A DNA stretch of 64,000 nt, from the NCBI GenBank assembly GCA_002269645.1, contig NIVC01003293.1, forward strand, positions 42,144 to 106,143. Reading direction: 5' to 3'. The notes under the pieces were generated by a model that saw only the letters and a list, made by a program, of their open reading frames with translations, ran no database searches and was not told the DNA's origin. The translations under genes were made by a program, and so were the position numbers. This DNA is from Macrostomum lignano. Lineage: Eukaryota. This document shows, one piece after another, positions 38,358 to 51,935 of this stretch (position 1 is the first letter of the stretch; each line of letters begins with the position of its first letter).

Positions 38358-38879
38358 CAGTAGATACAGGGGAGAGACTGCTCAGACCCAAAACAGGTTT
38401 TGAAGGAACAGAATTCCTAGGCAAATACCGGCCCAGTTAAAATGATTTCGTCAGCGTCCAAGCATTAGCAGCCATACCTCAGCTTAAAGCCAAGACAAAT
38501 ATGTGCTCAGTTGTTAGCAGCAAAAGTGGTTGACTGGATTTTACCGAAAGAGGCCGAAGCCTCTCTAAGCTTGCGGCCAAGTCGTGACTAAGGATCTGTT
38601 CAGACAGACTGAGTTTCACCCACCCCCAGTGCTTGATTCTCTTTTAGTCTTTCCAAGCAACAATGGATTTTGGGTTTCCCTGAAGTGTCGCCCTGCGCAC
38701 CAAAACCCGATGGGTGGTTACATCATCATTAATTTGACCAGACTTTGATCTGAGCGCGTTACTCATAACTTTTGAGTTCTTTCGTCACACTTTGCGCAAT
38801 CTGCAGTGCAATATTCGAGGCTCCAAGAATTAATTCAGAGCTGAAAAGCACGCAGAGAGATGAAGATGATTTCAATCTC

Positions 38880-39790
38880 TGCGAAACGTAGATGATTTCC
38901 AAGAATCCCTGGGAGGTGTAGATGATTTCCAAGAATCTCTGGGAGATGTAGATGATTTCCAATAATCTCTAGGAGATGTAGATGATTTCCAATAATCTCT
39001 GGGAGATGTAGATGATTTCCAATAATCTCTGGGAGATGTAGATGATTTCCAATAATCTCTGGGAGATGTAGATGATTTCCAATAATCTCTGTGAGATGTA
39101 GACGATTTCCAAGAACCTCTGGGAGATGTAGATGATTTCCAATAATCTCTGGGAGATGTAGATGATTTCCAATAATCTCTGGGAGATGTAGATGATTTCC
39201 AATAATCTCTGGGAGATGTAGATGATTTCCAATAATCTCTGGGAGATGTAGATGATTTCCAATAATCTCTGGGAGATGTAGATGATTTCCAATAATCTCT
39301 GGGAGATGTAGATGATTTCCAAGAATCCCTGGGAGGTGTAGATGATTTCCAATAATCTCTGGGAGATGTAGATGATTTCCAATAATCTCTGGGAGATGTA
39401 GATGATTTCCAAGAATCCCTGGGAGGTGTAGATGATTTCCAATAATCTCTGGGAGATGTAGATGATTTCCAATAATCTCTGGGAGGTGTAGATGATTTTC
39501 TATAATCTCTAGGAGATGTAGACGATTTCCAAGAATCCCTAGGAGATGTAGATGATTTCCAATAATCTCTGGGAGATGTAGATGATTTCCAAGAATCCCT
39601 GGGAGGTGTAGATGATTTCCAATAATCTCTGGGAGATGTAGATGATTTCCAATAATCTCTGGGAGATGTAGATGATTTCCAAGAATCCCTGGGAGGTGTA
39701 GATGATTTCCAATAATCTCTGGGAGATGTAGATGATTTCCAATAATCTCTGGGAGATGTAGATAATTTTAATAATCTATGGGAGGTGTAT
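38880..39790. repeat. 30-bp minisatellite (GTAGATGATTTCCAATAATCTCTGGGAGAT), ~30 copies
   Basis: Direct reading. Confidence 0.96.
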
Positions 39791-40369
39791 GAGAAATTTT
39801 GAAAAATCCAGTTTTAAAGAAAAGACGAGAAATCTGATTTCTTCTGTGTGTTTCCAAGAAACAGTTTTGAATTTAGAAAGGTTTCGAGAATAATTTTGAT
39901 TAAAAAGGATTTGCTCGACTCGCATCTGCTTTGCTAATATTCTCTAATTACTCTTGGCACACCCCGTAGCACGCACATTGAAGCAAATTGAAAAATTTTA
40001 CTGGAAGTTGAACACAGAATAGCAAATTAAGAAATCACGGATGGCAAATTGAACCCCCCACCTGCTTGATAGAAGCAGTCCTTGCAGTGGTAGCGAGTTG
40101 ATAGCACGCGACATTTAATATAATTATCAATAAGTCTACTGTTTCTTAGAAAGCCTACCATAGCAACCAGCATAGCAACAGTATTATTGAGACAGACTGC
40201 AGGTCATAGATTACGCTTAGGTGGGAACCTAGATTTATAAGCACGGATTGGTTGATAATAACACTATGAAAATCAGAATTAAAATAGAATTTATTTGTAC
40301 AAAATATCTGAAACCGGTACAAGAATCTCAAAACAGTTGGTAAAAAACTAGCATAAAATTTTTACATGG

Positions 40370-40897
40370 ATTAATCTAAATCTGGTACAAGTATTAGCTA
40401 CTATTGGTACAAGGGTTAGCCGAAATCGGTACAAGAATTAGCCAAAATTATTACAAGAATTAGCCTAAATTAGTACAAGAATTAGCCTAAATTGGTACAA
40501 AGATTGGCCAAAATTGGTACAAGGATTAGCCAAAATTAGTACAAGAATTAGTCTAAATTAGTACAAGGATTAGCCGAAATTCGTACAAGGATTAGCCAAA
40601 ATTGGTACAAGGATTACCCGAAATTGGTACAAGGATTAGCCAAAATTGGTACAAGGATTAGCCAAATTTGGTACAAGGATTAGCCAAATTTAGTACAAGA
40701 ATTAGCCTAAATTAGTACAAGAATTAGCCTAAATTAGTACAAGAATTAGCCTAAATTAGTACAAGGATTAGCCAAAATTGGTACAAGGATTAGCCAAATT
40801 TGGTACAAGGATTAGCCAAATTTGGTACAAGGATTAGCCAAAATTGGTACAAGGATTAGCCAAAATTGGTACAAGGATTAGCCAAAATTGGTACGAG
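40370..40897. repeat. 22-bp minisatellite (AAAATTGGTACAAGGATTAGCC)
   Basis: Period 22 (40621, 40643). Confidence 0.93.
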
Positions 40898-41828
40898 GAT
40901 TTTTAAATCGGTGGATTGAAATCAAATTTCTCGCTCAAATGCACATTCTAAGAAATACAAATATAATTTCTAAGAAAATTTTGCGCTCTTCCAACTTCCA
41001 GTCTTCCCTAAATTAAAAGTCCATAATAGCTATATAGTATATATGGAGGTAGAACCAGTTGATCACAGTCTCTAGCCTTGGTTTAATTATACGCTACGAG
41101 TATAGGGAGCAGTGAGGGTTCATCCAAGGTCAGTTTAAGTAGTATGCCTGATGTAGCTATACATCCAGCCTCCATCGCTGAGTTGGGAGCCCGGAGTCTG
41201 ACTAAATAACAACAGTAAAAAAATCAGTAGCACATTGCTCTGCTCCAATAATGACTGGGATAAGTCATGCCATGTTTATTTAACAACGGGAAACTGGATT
41301 GACACACTGATCGAAGTGTGTGTGTATATTGTGCGCCAACTAAGCATCATTAAGTCAGTTCTTGCTTTCAGTTCTGATCGATATTTTGGACAAGAGATAA
41401 TGATGAGATGCGTGTCTGAGTCTGTTTGATTTTGTTTTTTTTCTATTTTAAAGGTTTTTGCCTAGACAGCTCAGGTCAGGCTGGCCCGTCCCCATATTCA
41501 GCTCTCCATAATATATCCTTGGATTTATCTAGATACCCATCAATAAGACTGATTGATCGCTGAAAACTCTATGAGGAAAGACTTCTGCGTCATTTCGCCT
41601 GTCATTTCAACTCCTGGCCTCTCGCAGCTGAAATCCGTTTAATAATTCAATGATTGATCATTGCGCTATGGATTGCTCCCACTTGAATTCCTTCGGCAGA
41701 AAATTGTCCCAAAAAGCTAAATTTATGTGCTGAAATGATTTTTCATAATGATTATCTTTTTTTTGGTTTGGCATCAGATCAGGATCTCGGGGTGCCGCTA
41801 TTGTTTAGTCATTTTTTCATTTCAAAGA

Positions 41829-42118
41829 GGGGTTGCAGCCTTGTAGTGTTTAGGGCGTAGGGCGTGGGACTCACGACCGATAGAGGTCGGAGGTTCGATT
41901 CTCAACCCACTTGGAAAAATTTGAGTCCTTGAGCAAGACGCTTAACTCTGCATTGCTTCAATTCGCTCAGCTGTAAATGGGTGCCAGAATTACCTGATGT
42001 AATTGAGGGGGTGTGTGGCGACCCCCCCCCCCTCAGTCCTTGGACTGAACAGCCGTACGCAGCCTTCAGATACGCCGCGCAATAGCTGCGGCTGAGCTGT
42101 CGGTTGCACATCTGCCCA
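41829..42118 (+). mobile_element. Same SINE family, copy 2
   Basis: B-box GGTTCGATTC; GTCCTTGAGCAAGACGCTTAACTC...CTGTAAATGGGT; shared 3' stem region ending GCACAT. Confidence 0.8.
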
Positions 42119-42304
42119 TAAAATGTGCTCAGAAGTCAGCAGAATGGGCAGAATATCCTTGGTGCTGGTTGTAGGACCATCCTCCAGTAACCATTGATAC
42201 AACTGAAGCCCAATGGTATGCAGTGGCAGTCTGGCAGAGAAAGTCAGTCATTAGCTGATATTTTTCCAGTGAAACGCTAGCACTGGCTGTGGAGCCATGG
42301 TCCA

Positions 42305-42546
42305 ATGAGATGCCGAGGTCTCCAATGTGGAGAAGTTGATAAAAATTCGCTTCGAAGTGAAACTTCTGGCCAAGACAGTCCAGTTATTGAAAAGAAAACT
42401 GAAAGTAGATTGAAGAAATTGAAGAAAGACTATAAAAAGGGCATGTCCAACCTTATTTACAAGCCTGGATCAGCTTCGCCCAGAAACGGTGAAGCTGCAG
42501 CCATGGAGACTGAGACCGAATCTCTTCTGATTCAAAAGCACCAACA

Positions 42547-42577
<31 letters not shown>

Positions 42578-44689
42578 AAGCAGAAACAGCTGGAAAGTGA
42601 AACATCCGATGACACTAACATCCGCATGGAGACAAGTGACGCATCCGGTAAGCCTGACAACGCCAGCTCTTCCACCTGTAGGGCCAGCACCTGGGTACTG
42701 ACGGTGCTGCTGGTCCTGGTAGTCAGCGGATTTGCCGTCCTCTGTCTGTTCTACTTCTACTTCGATGCGGGACACCAGGCCGGTGGAAAAATCTTCTCAA
42801 CCAGCGACAGCGATCGAACTTCCAAGGTGGCCGCCGCCTGCCAGCGTCAACTGCTTCAGCAGCAGCCGCCTCTGCTGCCGCCTGAATCGGCGTCCTTTGT
42901 CTCAGCCGGCGCCAGTCCGTGCGTGAACCTCTACAAATATTCGTGCGGTCGCTTCCAGCAGGCTGTTAGCTTGCGCTGGAACGGTCGAGCTGTCGAGACT
43001 GAGACCAGCTCGATTCGTCAGGCCCAGCTCCGGATCCAGGACTCTCTGGTGGAGCTGCTGTTGCTAGGCGTTGATCAACAGCCGACGCTGCCCTCCTGGG
43101 CTCGGGCGGTGAGCAACCTGACTCGATCCTGTCTCGCCTTCGACCGGCTCAAACCCGACGAATTGATAGCAGCATTCACCGACCCCGGCCGGTTCACGCC
43201 AATGTCCGTGTTCGGCTCCGAGTCCATCTTGTGGGGCTTCAAGCATTCGCCGGAGAAAGTGCTGGCCCAGTTTGCACTGCAGGATCTGCCCGTGATGCTG
43301 GACGTCGAGCCGAATGACAGTCGGGATACTGGAGCATCGTCGAACAAGCGCTCGCTGTTGCTGTGCCTTCGTCCGTCAACGCCTCGGCTGCCTCGCGGCA
43401 GTCGCGACCGGGTGACTCGCTCCGTGGAGGCGACCTTCAAGTTCCTCGGTCGCGGACTGCCGTTCGTCATCGTGGAGAAAATTGTAAGCCTTAACGAAGA
43501 AGTCTGGAAGCTGATTGACAACGGGGAAGCTGACAGCGCCAATAGCAGCTACATCAGCTTCGACGAGGTGGCCAGCCTCTTTCCGAACGGAGCCACTGGC
43601 TGGCAAAATTTCTACGGGACGCTGCTTCCAGACTTGCAGGCGGGCCCGGGACAATTCGACAGACTTTGCCTTCGCGGTCGCGACACGGTCCGACGCCTGA
43701 TGGAGCTGGCGGCCCGGCAGGACCCGGACACGTTGATTGGCTATGCCTTCATCAACGCCCTGACGGCGCTACGACCGCATCTGCTTGGCTCGCTGGACGC
43801 TGCTGCCCCTGTTGACACTCGGGCTGGGGCTCAGAGTCAATTACCATCGCCTTCAGGTAAGCCGGAAGTCTGCCTAGCAACCGTGCTAAGCCTGTATCCG
43901 CATCCGACTGCCAGATTGTTTGTTGATCAGCTCGGATTGGAAGGCAAGCACAGGTCGGCTGTTGAACGGATCCGCTCTGTGCTTGGAGTGGCACCGACGG
44001 GTGCTGCCGACCTGCCGCGGTGGACGCGCAGCCCGGAGCGCATGCGAGCTGTCTACGGCAAGCTGGCACTCCCAGCCGACAATCCATACCTTGTCAACCT
44101 GCTGGACGCAATGCGAGAGCGCAGACGCAGCGTCTACAGGTTGGCGGCTTCTTCACAGGCCGAGTTTCTCACCGATAAAGCGTCAAATCGGTTCGGCTAT
44201 CAGCCTCCCAGCTTCATCAAGGACACTGAGCTGGATTGGAACAGGTTTCCGTATCCTATTGAGTTTTATTGGGCCGCCCTGCCCGCCGATCCGGCTATGA
44301 ACTTCCTGATTGCCTACGAGACGCTTCGCGGAATTTCGGCAGTGGAGAAGCAGAGACTGCCAGCGGACCTTCTGGTTAACCTCACCGCTGGTTGTCCGGT
44401 CAGCTCTACATCCACCGACGATGCAGAGCAGAAGAAGCTGGCCAGCTTGCTTAGCCTTCGTGTGGCTATTCGAGCTGTCGATCAGAGCACTGCTCCGGCG
44501 GTCACGCGATCGACTGTCATCGGGGTGAGTCAGCTGACTTGTCGCAAGTCGGTGACTGCTGCTAGAGCCGCTGCTCCGGCTACCTCTGATGCGGTCAAGC
44601 TTGCCAACGACGCTTTCGGCAGCCTGCCAGAAATTTTGAACGCTTTCGAATGCGCCGACGACGTCAGGAATGTGAATGTCTGCAACTAG
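42305..44689 (+). CDS. Intronless neprilysin/ECE (M13)-like type II membrane protein, predicted catalytically inactive
   Basis: 794-aa ORF with polyQ cytoplasmic tail, TM segment (WVLTVLLVLVVSGFAVLCLFYFYF), SPCVNLYKYSCGRF (cf. M13 DPCxDFYxYACG) and C-terminal LPEILNAFEC (cf. MPEFxxAFxC). The HExxH position reads YETLR. The true start could be a downstream Met (42443 or 42503). Confidence 0.78.
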
Positions 44690-47039
44690 GCTCTGAGTTT
44701 TGGCCTTCCAAACACTCATTTTGACGTTGACAAGCACATTTAATTAATTTTTTTCTAGCTATTAACTTTTTGCTATGACGGTAAAGTTACTCATTTTCAG
44801 ATTACGTTTTCTGTTCATTTTTAGGATATGGAAGGAAGCATCTGTGAGCCAATTTTTTGAAGAAAAATATCGCTTCTATGTTCTATGTTGGTTATATTAT
44901 GAATGGTCTTTTGTAGTGAAACTTGAGCCCCTTACTTTTCGCATCCTCTTATTTATAAGTGAACAATACTTGTTATACTAATCGCACATTGTTAGTTTTT
45001 TAGCTTCTCAAGTCTCCCGCGCTTCAAAGCAGGAAGTTAATCCATGCACGCGCATGAGGGGGGGGGTAACCAATTCTTCAACCGTTTCGCGACCTTGCGG
45101 GCATAACAGCTCGTTGCGTAATAGTTGTAGCTACCATCACACAATATAGATATTTTTTTCAGCGGAGGCTTGCATAGCTGCACTTCCTGTTCACTTGCCA
45201 CAGCAGTCAATAGAGACACAGAAAATTTCAGAGAAAAACTCCACAAGTCCCGCACAAAATTGCAAACACAGTTATAGATATTTATTACGAGAGAGTGCTG
45301 AAATTTATGCAAATCTATCAATTTAGCTAACAAGCCGAAGCGAATCGCTTGCATCGCTTGTTGTATACGCTTCCCATAATCCACTGTTTTTTTTTCTGCA
45401 GCAGCTCTCTATATCCCCCCCCCCCAGTCACTGCACACGATCTCGTCATCCCAATTCAGGAGATTCTCTAGGGATCGTTGGCGGCCATCCGAGCTGACCA
45501 AAGCGAGATGGGGATAATAAAAGCAGTAAATTTGCCCGGCAATCGAGCTGGCGGCAGAGTTAGCAGCTAAAAAAAGTGGATTACGTAATCACCCCAACAA
45601 CCAAGCATCCCCACTAGGCAGTTTGTCGTCCGTCCGCGGGCTCCTTAATTCTTAAGCGACTGAGCAGAGCACGAGGCGTGAGGAAGTGTATGTGAGACTC
45701 AATCAATTGGCTGGGGAAGAAGGGGAGAGCTGTCCAACGCTGCAATTCTTTATGACACCGGACCGCTTCCCCTTTTCTACTTTTCTTTCCGTGGGGCTTT
45801 TTGGCTCTCTCATTTCCTTAAATACATAAATTCACCAACCCTGTTCAATCTTAAGGACAGATTCTCTGAGGTCAACTAAGCTGTGCTTAAAATCTAGCTG
45901 AGCGGCTGAGTGTGACATCTCTATTATCTTATTATTCTTATTATGCATTATTAATTAATGCATCATTAAATTAATTAATGCAGATGAATGCAGCTGTGTC
46001 TAATGATATGATATGAAGGCTTCTTGATTTAGCACATGTATATCACGTCTGTACACTTCTGGTTGATTTCAACTATTTGTATAGTACGAATCAAAACCCG
46101 CAACTTTTAATTCCGATTGTTAAATTGTCCCGTAATTAGATATGATACAATCATAAGTATACATGTACCAGTCGCTAAGCCATAAAAGTTATTCTATTCT
46201 ATTCATGTTTATTCTGAATGCATGCTTCTGTAATTACATGTATAGCTGTATATCAATCGAATTTCTGTAAAAATGATCCTAAATATTATTTCTCGTTTAA
46301 ATAACGTTCTTGCAGCAGTTTTCAAAGTCCTTTAAAATGCGTTCCTTAAAATGCTTAAAACCTTATTTAATTGTAACATTATTAATGTTGTTTTGATTTT
46401 TTCAAGAAATTCCCCTTGGTTTGAATGATTTTTGTAAAACACAAAAATAGTTTTTTAAATTTTAAATAAAATTTTTGGCATGCTTTATTGAGCCAATATA
46501 CATCGGTATTAAAAAGGAACTGTACGTTTTACCGTTTTTTTAAATATCGAAGTTACACAATAAGTTACAATAAAAAATATAACATGAATATGAAAGAACC
46601 ACTAGACTAGTTAATAACTGCTACTGTATAGTAACTGAATTGAAGGGTCGTTTATTGTCTATTGGCCTGCACTTGCCCCTTGGTAAACGAATTTATACAT
46701 ATTATTTTTCTACGGAATGAAGAATTGTTATAATAAAATTGCCGACAAGCCAAGCTGTCTGCTGAAACTTTACTAGCTTTATACTTTGATAAAAATATTT
46801 GTTCTTTAAAAAACATTTTTATGCAGTTTAATATACCAAATATTACAATGGCATATCTTACGATGGCAACGGGAAATTCCCATCTAATGTACAAAGACGG
46901 TATCCATAAGCAACAGGCGCACTGTTTTAAATTCTGGTTATTCGACATCTTTCCGTAACAAAGCGACAACTTTTGTTTGTTTGTAACAAATAGCTCTTTG
47001 CTTGGAAATTTTACCTTTCTGTACAGAAAAGGCATTGGT

Positions 47040-50000
47040 ATGTTTAAGGATACATTTCAAAGTGGCTTTCTTTCAGTACTGTACAGCATTGGCAGTAAGC
47101 CGTTGACGATCTGGAATAGAAATGTAAGTTAAACATCTTTACATCCTGTTTGCGATTGAGCAACGTAAACAGTTATATTCTGTACCAAATAGTACACTGC
47201 CCAAAGCTCTATAAGTCTATGACTATGACTATGACCATGACTCTATTACTATTCCATGTTTTTTCTATGCAAAAAATGTATAACTATTTTTATACAGGTG
47301 TAATAAATATGTGCAAATATACAATCCCTGCTTTGACTCTAAGTCATGCAGAAATAGTCAGACTTGCTCCTCAAACAGAATTTTGGATTGAAATTTATAA
47401 TTATTTTGAGTTTTAACTACAAAATTAAATGAAAATACTTTACTTGATATGTAAAATACTGGGTTTTATTTACCTATGATTAAGGTTAAATATTTCTACT
47501 TTCCAACTTCAGGTAAAAAATGGACACATCAAGAGGATTACAGACAATGACATTCAATCACTTGTATTGGAAATTATGGGCACTAATGTCAGCACAACAT
47601 ATATCACATGTCCCAAAGAATCTGGCTGTACACTTGGAATTAAGCTTCCATTCCTTGTGATGATCATCAAGAATTTGAAGAAGTACTTTACATTTGAAGT
47701 ACAGGTAAGACAGTGAAATGTGCTTTATTGCTGTTAGAAATACGAGCTAGAAAGCCTAACTTTATGCAATTTAACCTACAGGGGCTTAGCTGATCGAGGG
47801 CAAGGGGGCTTGGCTGGCTTCTAAAAGCTTACTGGCAATAGATTGTGCTCATTTGTGATAATTTTGTTGCCCTTCAAATGAAATGGCGCCACCTAAATAA
47901 AATGGCACCTCTCAAATGAAATTGCGCCTCTCAAATGAAATTGCGCCTCTCAAATGAAATGGTGCCTCTCAAATGAAATGGCGCCCTCCCCCCAAATGAA
48001 ATGGTGCCTCTCAAATGAAATGGCGCCCTCCCCCCAAATGAAATGGTGCCTCTCAAATGAAATGGCGCCCTCCCCCCAAATGAAATGGTGCCTCTCAAAT
48101 GAAATGGCGCCCTCCCCCCAAATGAAATGGTGCCTCTCAAATGAAATGGCGCCCTCCCCCCAAATAAAATGGTGCCTCTCAAATGAAATGGCGCCCTCCC
48201 CCCAAATGAAATGGCGCCTCTCAAATGAAATGGCGCCCTCCCTCAAATGAAATGGCGCCTCTCGAATGAAATGGTGCCTCCCAAATGAAATGGCGCCTCC
48301 CCCTCAAATGAAATGGCGCCTCTCAAATGAAATGGTGCCTCTCAAATGAAATGGCGCCCTCCCCCCAAATGAAATGGCGCCTCTCAAATGAAATGGTGCC
48401 TCCCAAATGAAATGGCGCCTCCCCCCCAAATGAAATGGCGCCTCTCAAATGAAAGGGTGCCTCTCAAATGAAATGGCGCCCTCCCCCAAAATGAAATGGC
48501 GCCTCTCAAATTAAATGGCGCCCTCCCCCAAATGAAACGGCGCCTCTCAAATGAAATGGCGCCCTCCCCCCAAATGAAATGGCGCCCTCCCCCAAATGAA
48601 ATGGCGCCTCTCAAATGAAATGGCGCCCTCCCCCCAAATGAAATGGCGCCTCTCAAATGAAATTGCGCCCTCCCTCAAATGAAATGGCGCCTCTCGAATG
48701 AAATGGTGCCTCCCAAATGAAATGGCGCCTCTCAAATGAAATGGTGCCTCTCAAATGAAATGGCGCCCTCCCCCCAAATGAAATGGCGCCTCTCAAATGA
48801 AATGGTGCCTCCCAAATGAAATGGCGCCTCCCCCCCAAATGAAATGGCGCCTCTCAAATGAAAGGGTGCCTCTCAAATGAAATGGCGCCCTCCCCCAAAA
48901 TGAAATGGCGCCTCTCAAATTAAATGGCGCCCTCCCCCAAATGAAACGGCGCCTCTCAAATGAAATGGCGCCCTCCCCCCAAATGAAATGGCGCCCTCCC
49001 CCAAATGAAATGGCGCCTCTCAAATGAAATGGCGCCCTCCCCCCAAATGAAATGGCGCCTCTCAAATGAAATTGCGCCCTCCCCCAAATGAAATGGCGCC
49101 TCTCAAATGAAATGGCGCCCTCCCCTAAATGAAATGGCACTTCTCAAATGAAATGGCACCCTTCCCCAAACGAAATGGCGCCTCTCAAATGAAATGGCGC
49201 CCTTCCCCAAACGAATTGGCGCTACTCAAATGAAATGGCGCCCTTCCCCAAACAAAATGGTGTCGCCTCAGATGAAATAAGCACCCCTCAGTGACGTGAC
49301 AAAAAATCCAAAATCCAGACTGAGTGCCTGTATACCAGTTATAACAAATCTATGCATATATAATCGATATGTTTCAGATCCTTGACGACAAGAACGTCAG
49401 ACGACGATTCCGAGCCTCCAATTATCAGAGCACCACCCGGGTGAAGCCGTTCATCTGTACCATGCCGATGAGGCTTGACGAAGGCTGGAATCAGATCCAG
49501 TTCAACCTGTCCGATTTCACCAGGCGAGCCTACGGCACTAACTATATTGAGACACAGCGAATTCAGGTAAAAATATTTTCAAGGGGGTTGAAGGGATTGT
49601 AGCCTAGTGGTTAGAGCGTCGGACTCACGACAATTGAAAGGTCGGGGGTTCGATTCTTGATCCCACTGGAATGATTTGTGTCCTTAACCAAGACACTCAA
49701 CTCTGCATTGCTTCAGTTCGCCCAGCTGTAAAATGGGTGCCAGCGTTAGCTGGGGTAATTGAGGGTGTGTGTGGCGACCCCCCAGTCCTTGGACTGAACA
49801 GCCGTACGCAGCCGTCAGATGCGTCGCGCAATATCTGCGGCTGAGCTGTCGGTTGCACATTATCTTCATTCAAATTGGTGTGTCACAGCGTAGGAGAGAT
49901 TTCACACATACAAAACATTATAGAGAGCCACCCATTAGTAATATTTTTATCAGCTACCATTGGTTTTATATACCGTTGCCTCATCCTCAAACACCCGCCC

Positions 50001-50140
50001 AGATCCACGCCAACTGCCGGATCCGTCGTGTGTACTTTAGCGACCGACTGTACACCGAGGACGAACTGCCGGCAGAGTTCAAGCTGTACCTGCCGGTGCA
50101 GGCAAAAGCGGACAAGCCTGGGCCGCAGGCGGTGGCCTGA
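47040..50140 (+). CDS. CFAP20: CFAP20/BUG22; exons 47040-47123, 47513-47704, 49378-49566, 50003-50140 (199 aa)
   Basis: Spliced product [22 protein letters not shown]...[13 protein letters not shown]...[68 protein letters not shown]...[17 protein letters not shown]; all introns phase 0, GT-AG. Confidence 0.97.
47872..49270. repeat. 19/23-bp minisatellite (AAATGAAATGGCGCCTCTC / AAATGAAATGGCGCCCTCCCCCC) filling CFAP20 intron 2
   Basis: Direct reading; ~409-bp block duplicated (48384 vs 48793). Confidence 0.95.
49592..49860 (+). mobile_element. Same SINE family, copy 3, in CFAP20 intron 3
   Basis: A-box TAGCCTAGTGG, B-box GGTTCGATTC, same body. Confidence 0.8.
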
Positions 50141-51149
50141 GCGGCAGTGAACTCAAAATTATCATAAAGCTGTTTTAGCCGTACATGTACCTGCTGTATA
50201 CCTGTAACTATTATACCTGTACTTGTGTGATGAGAGTTATTATCGCAACCGCAGAGAAAATCAATTTGAGAAAAAGTTCGTTAAAGCTGCATTGCATTGG
50301 TCTTTATTAATTACCATTGGCAGCAATTCAACATAGAATCAAGGGGTAGCATATTGATTAGTTGCCATAGACAATATAGTAGTCAGTTCAAGACAGACAA
50401 CTGAAGGAGGACGCTGCGATCGATTTTCTTAGAAATTCGGTAATGAACCTGGCGTATATTTGTCGTACCGTCATTCCTTATAGACAGAATTTGTCTATGG
50501 CTAAACCACATTCAGGGCTATGCGTTTTCGAGAGCATAGTAAATGCACCAGCGATACGACTAATATGCGCTCCTTAACAAACTCCAGCTCATTTCTAAGA
50601 AACTCGAGTGTGGCGTCTTTCTGTTTTAGCTGTCCTTAATTCAAGCTATATTTATAGTTTTATTAATAATTAATAGTCTGAATTATAGTAAATGTAATTA
50701 TAATATGCTTGTAGTTATTGCCTATGGAGTCAAAAACTTCGTTGCTATAAAGTGGATCTAGAGAATCTATATAAACCTAAATGTCCTTTTCCCAACATTC
50801 CAGTCTTTTCGCACTCAGTTATAAAAATCTGTTTTAGCCGAGGCGAACAATTTTATTAATTAGTTTTAAATGTAAAAATTTACCAGTTTTTAAATAATTA
50901 AAATATACATACGAATTTTTAAATATTTGCTATAGTTAAAGTCTTTTTTAAAAATCGAAATGGCAGCTGTGGGCTTTTAACAAATCGAAAAATAAATTGG
51001 TAACGAAACTATTTAATTGATAATATATTATCACATCGACTGCTAACACTTAAGTTTTCAGTTGTGCTCGATAATATCAATAAATTCTATTTTTGTTTGC
51101 TTTAACTTCATTTCAGCTTGCGGATTACATTTGACTCATTTTTAATAAT

Positions 51150-51392
51150 TGAGAATGGCCTGCTAAACTGTAAAACTACATTGAGAATGGCATGCTAAAC
51201 TGTTAAACTACATTGAGAATGGCATGCTAAACTGTTAAACTACATTGAGAATGGCATGCTAAACTGTTAAACTACATCGAGAATGGCATGCTAAACTGTT
51301 AAACTACATTGAGAATGGCATGCTAAACTGTTAAACTACATAGAGAATGGCATGCTAAACTGTTAAACTACATTGAGAATGGCCTGTTAAAC
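51150..51392. repeat. 32-bp minisatellite (GAGAATGGCATGCTAAACTGTTAAACTACATT)
   Basis: Period 32 (51183, 51215). Confidence 0.93.
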
Positions 51393-51704
51393 AAATATTT
51401 TCGAGATAGTAGGATGATCAAGACCCGTCTTTGTACAGGCCAGCGCAGGACAATTTTATTTACGACACTTTCAAATATTAAAATCATAATTAAGTATCAT
51501 CGATAATAATTATACTGATGTGAGGAATTAGTGACAACGTAATCAACCAGATTACTTTACAGATGAAAAGTTATACAGTGAATTAAAAAATACATAAACA
51601 AAAACACACGAATGAAAATCACATGGACTGAGATTGCCCACTTGGTTTGCAAGTAATAAACAAAAATATGATAAAATTTCTACGAGTAATTTGAAGCCCG
51701 ATTA

Positions 51705-51935
51705 GACTCTAATCTGGCGCCCTCTTAGATTCAAATTTGGCGCCCTCTAAAATCCAAATTTAGTGCCCTCTTAGATTCTAATTTGGCGCCCTCTTAGATT
51801 ATTATTTGGCGCGCTATTAGATTCTTATTTGGCGCGCTCTTAGATTCTATTTTGGCGCCCTCTTAGATTCTAATTTGGCGCCCTCTTAGATTCCAATTTG
51901 GCACCCTCTTAGATTTTAATATGGCGCCCTCTAAA
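51705..51935. repeat. 23-bp minisatellite (AATTTGGCGCCCTCTTAGATTCT)
   Basis: Direct reading. Confidence 0.9.
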
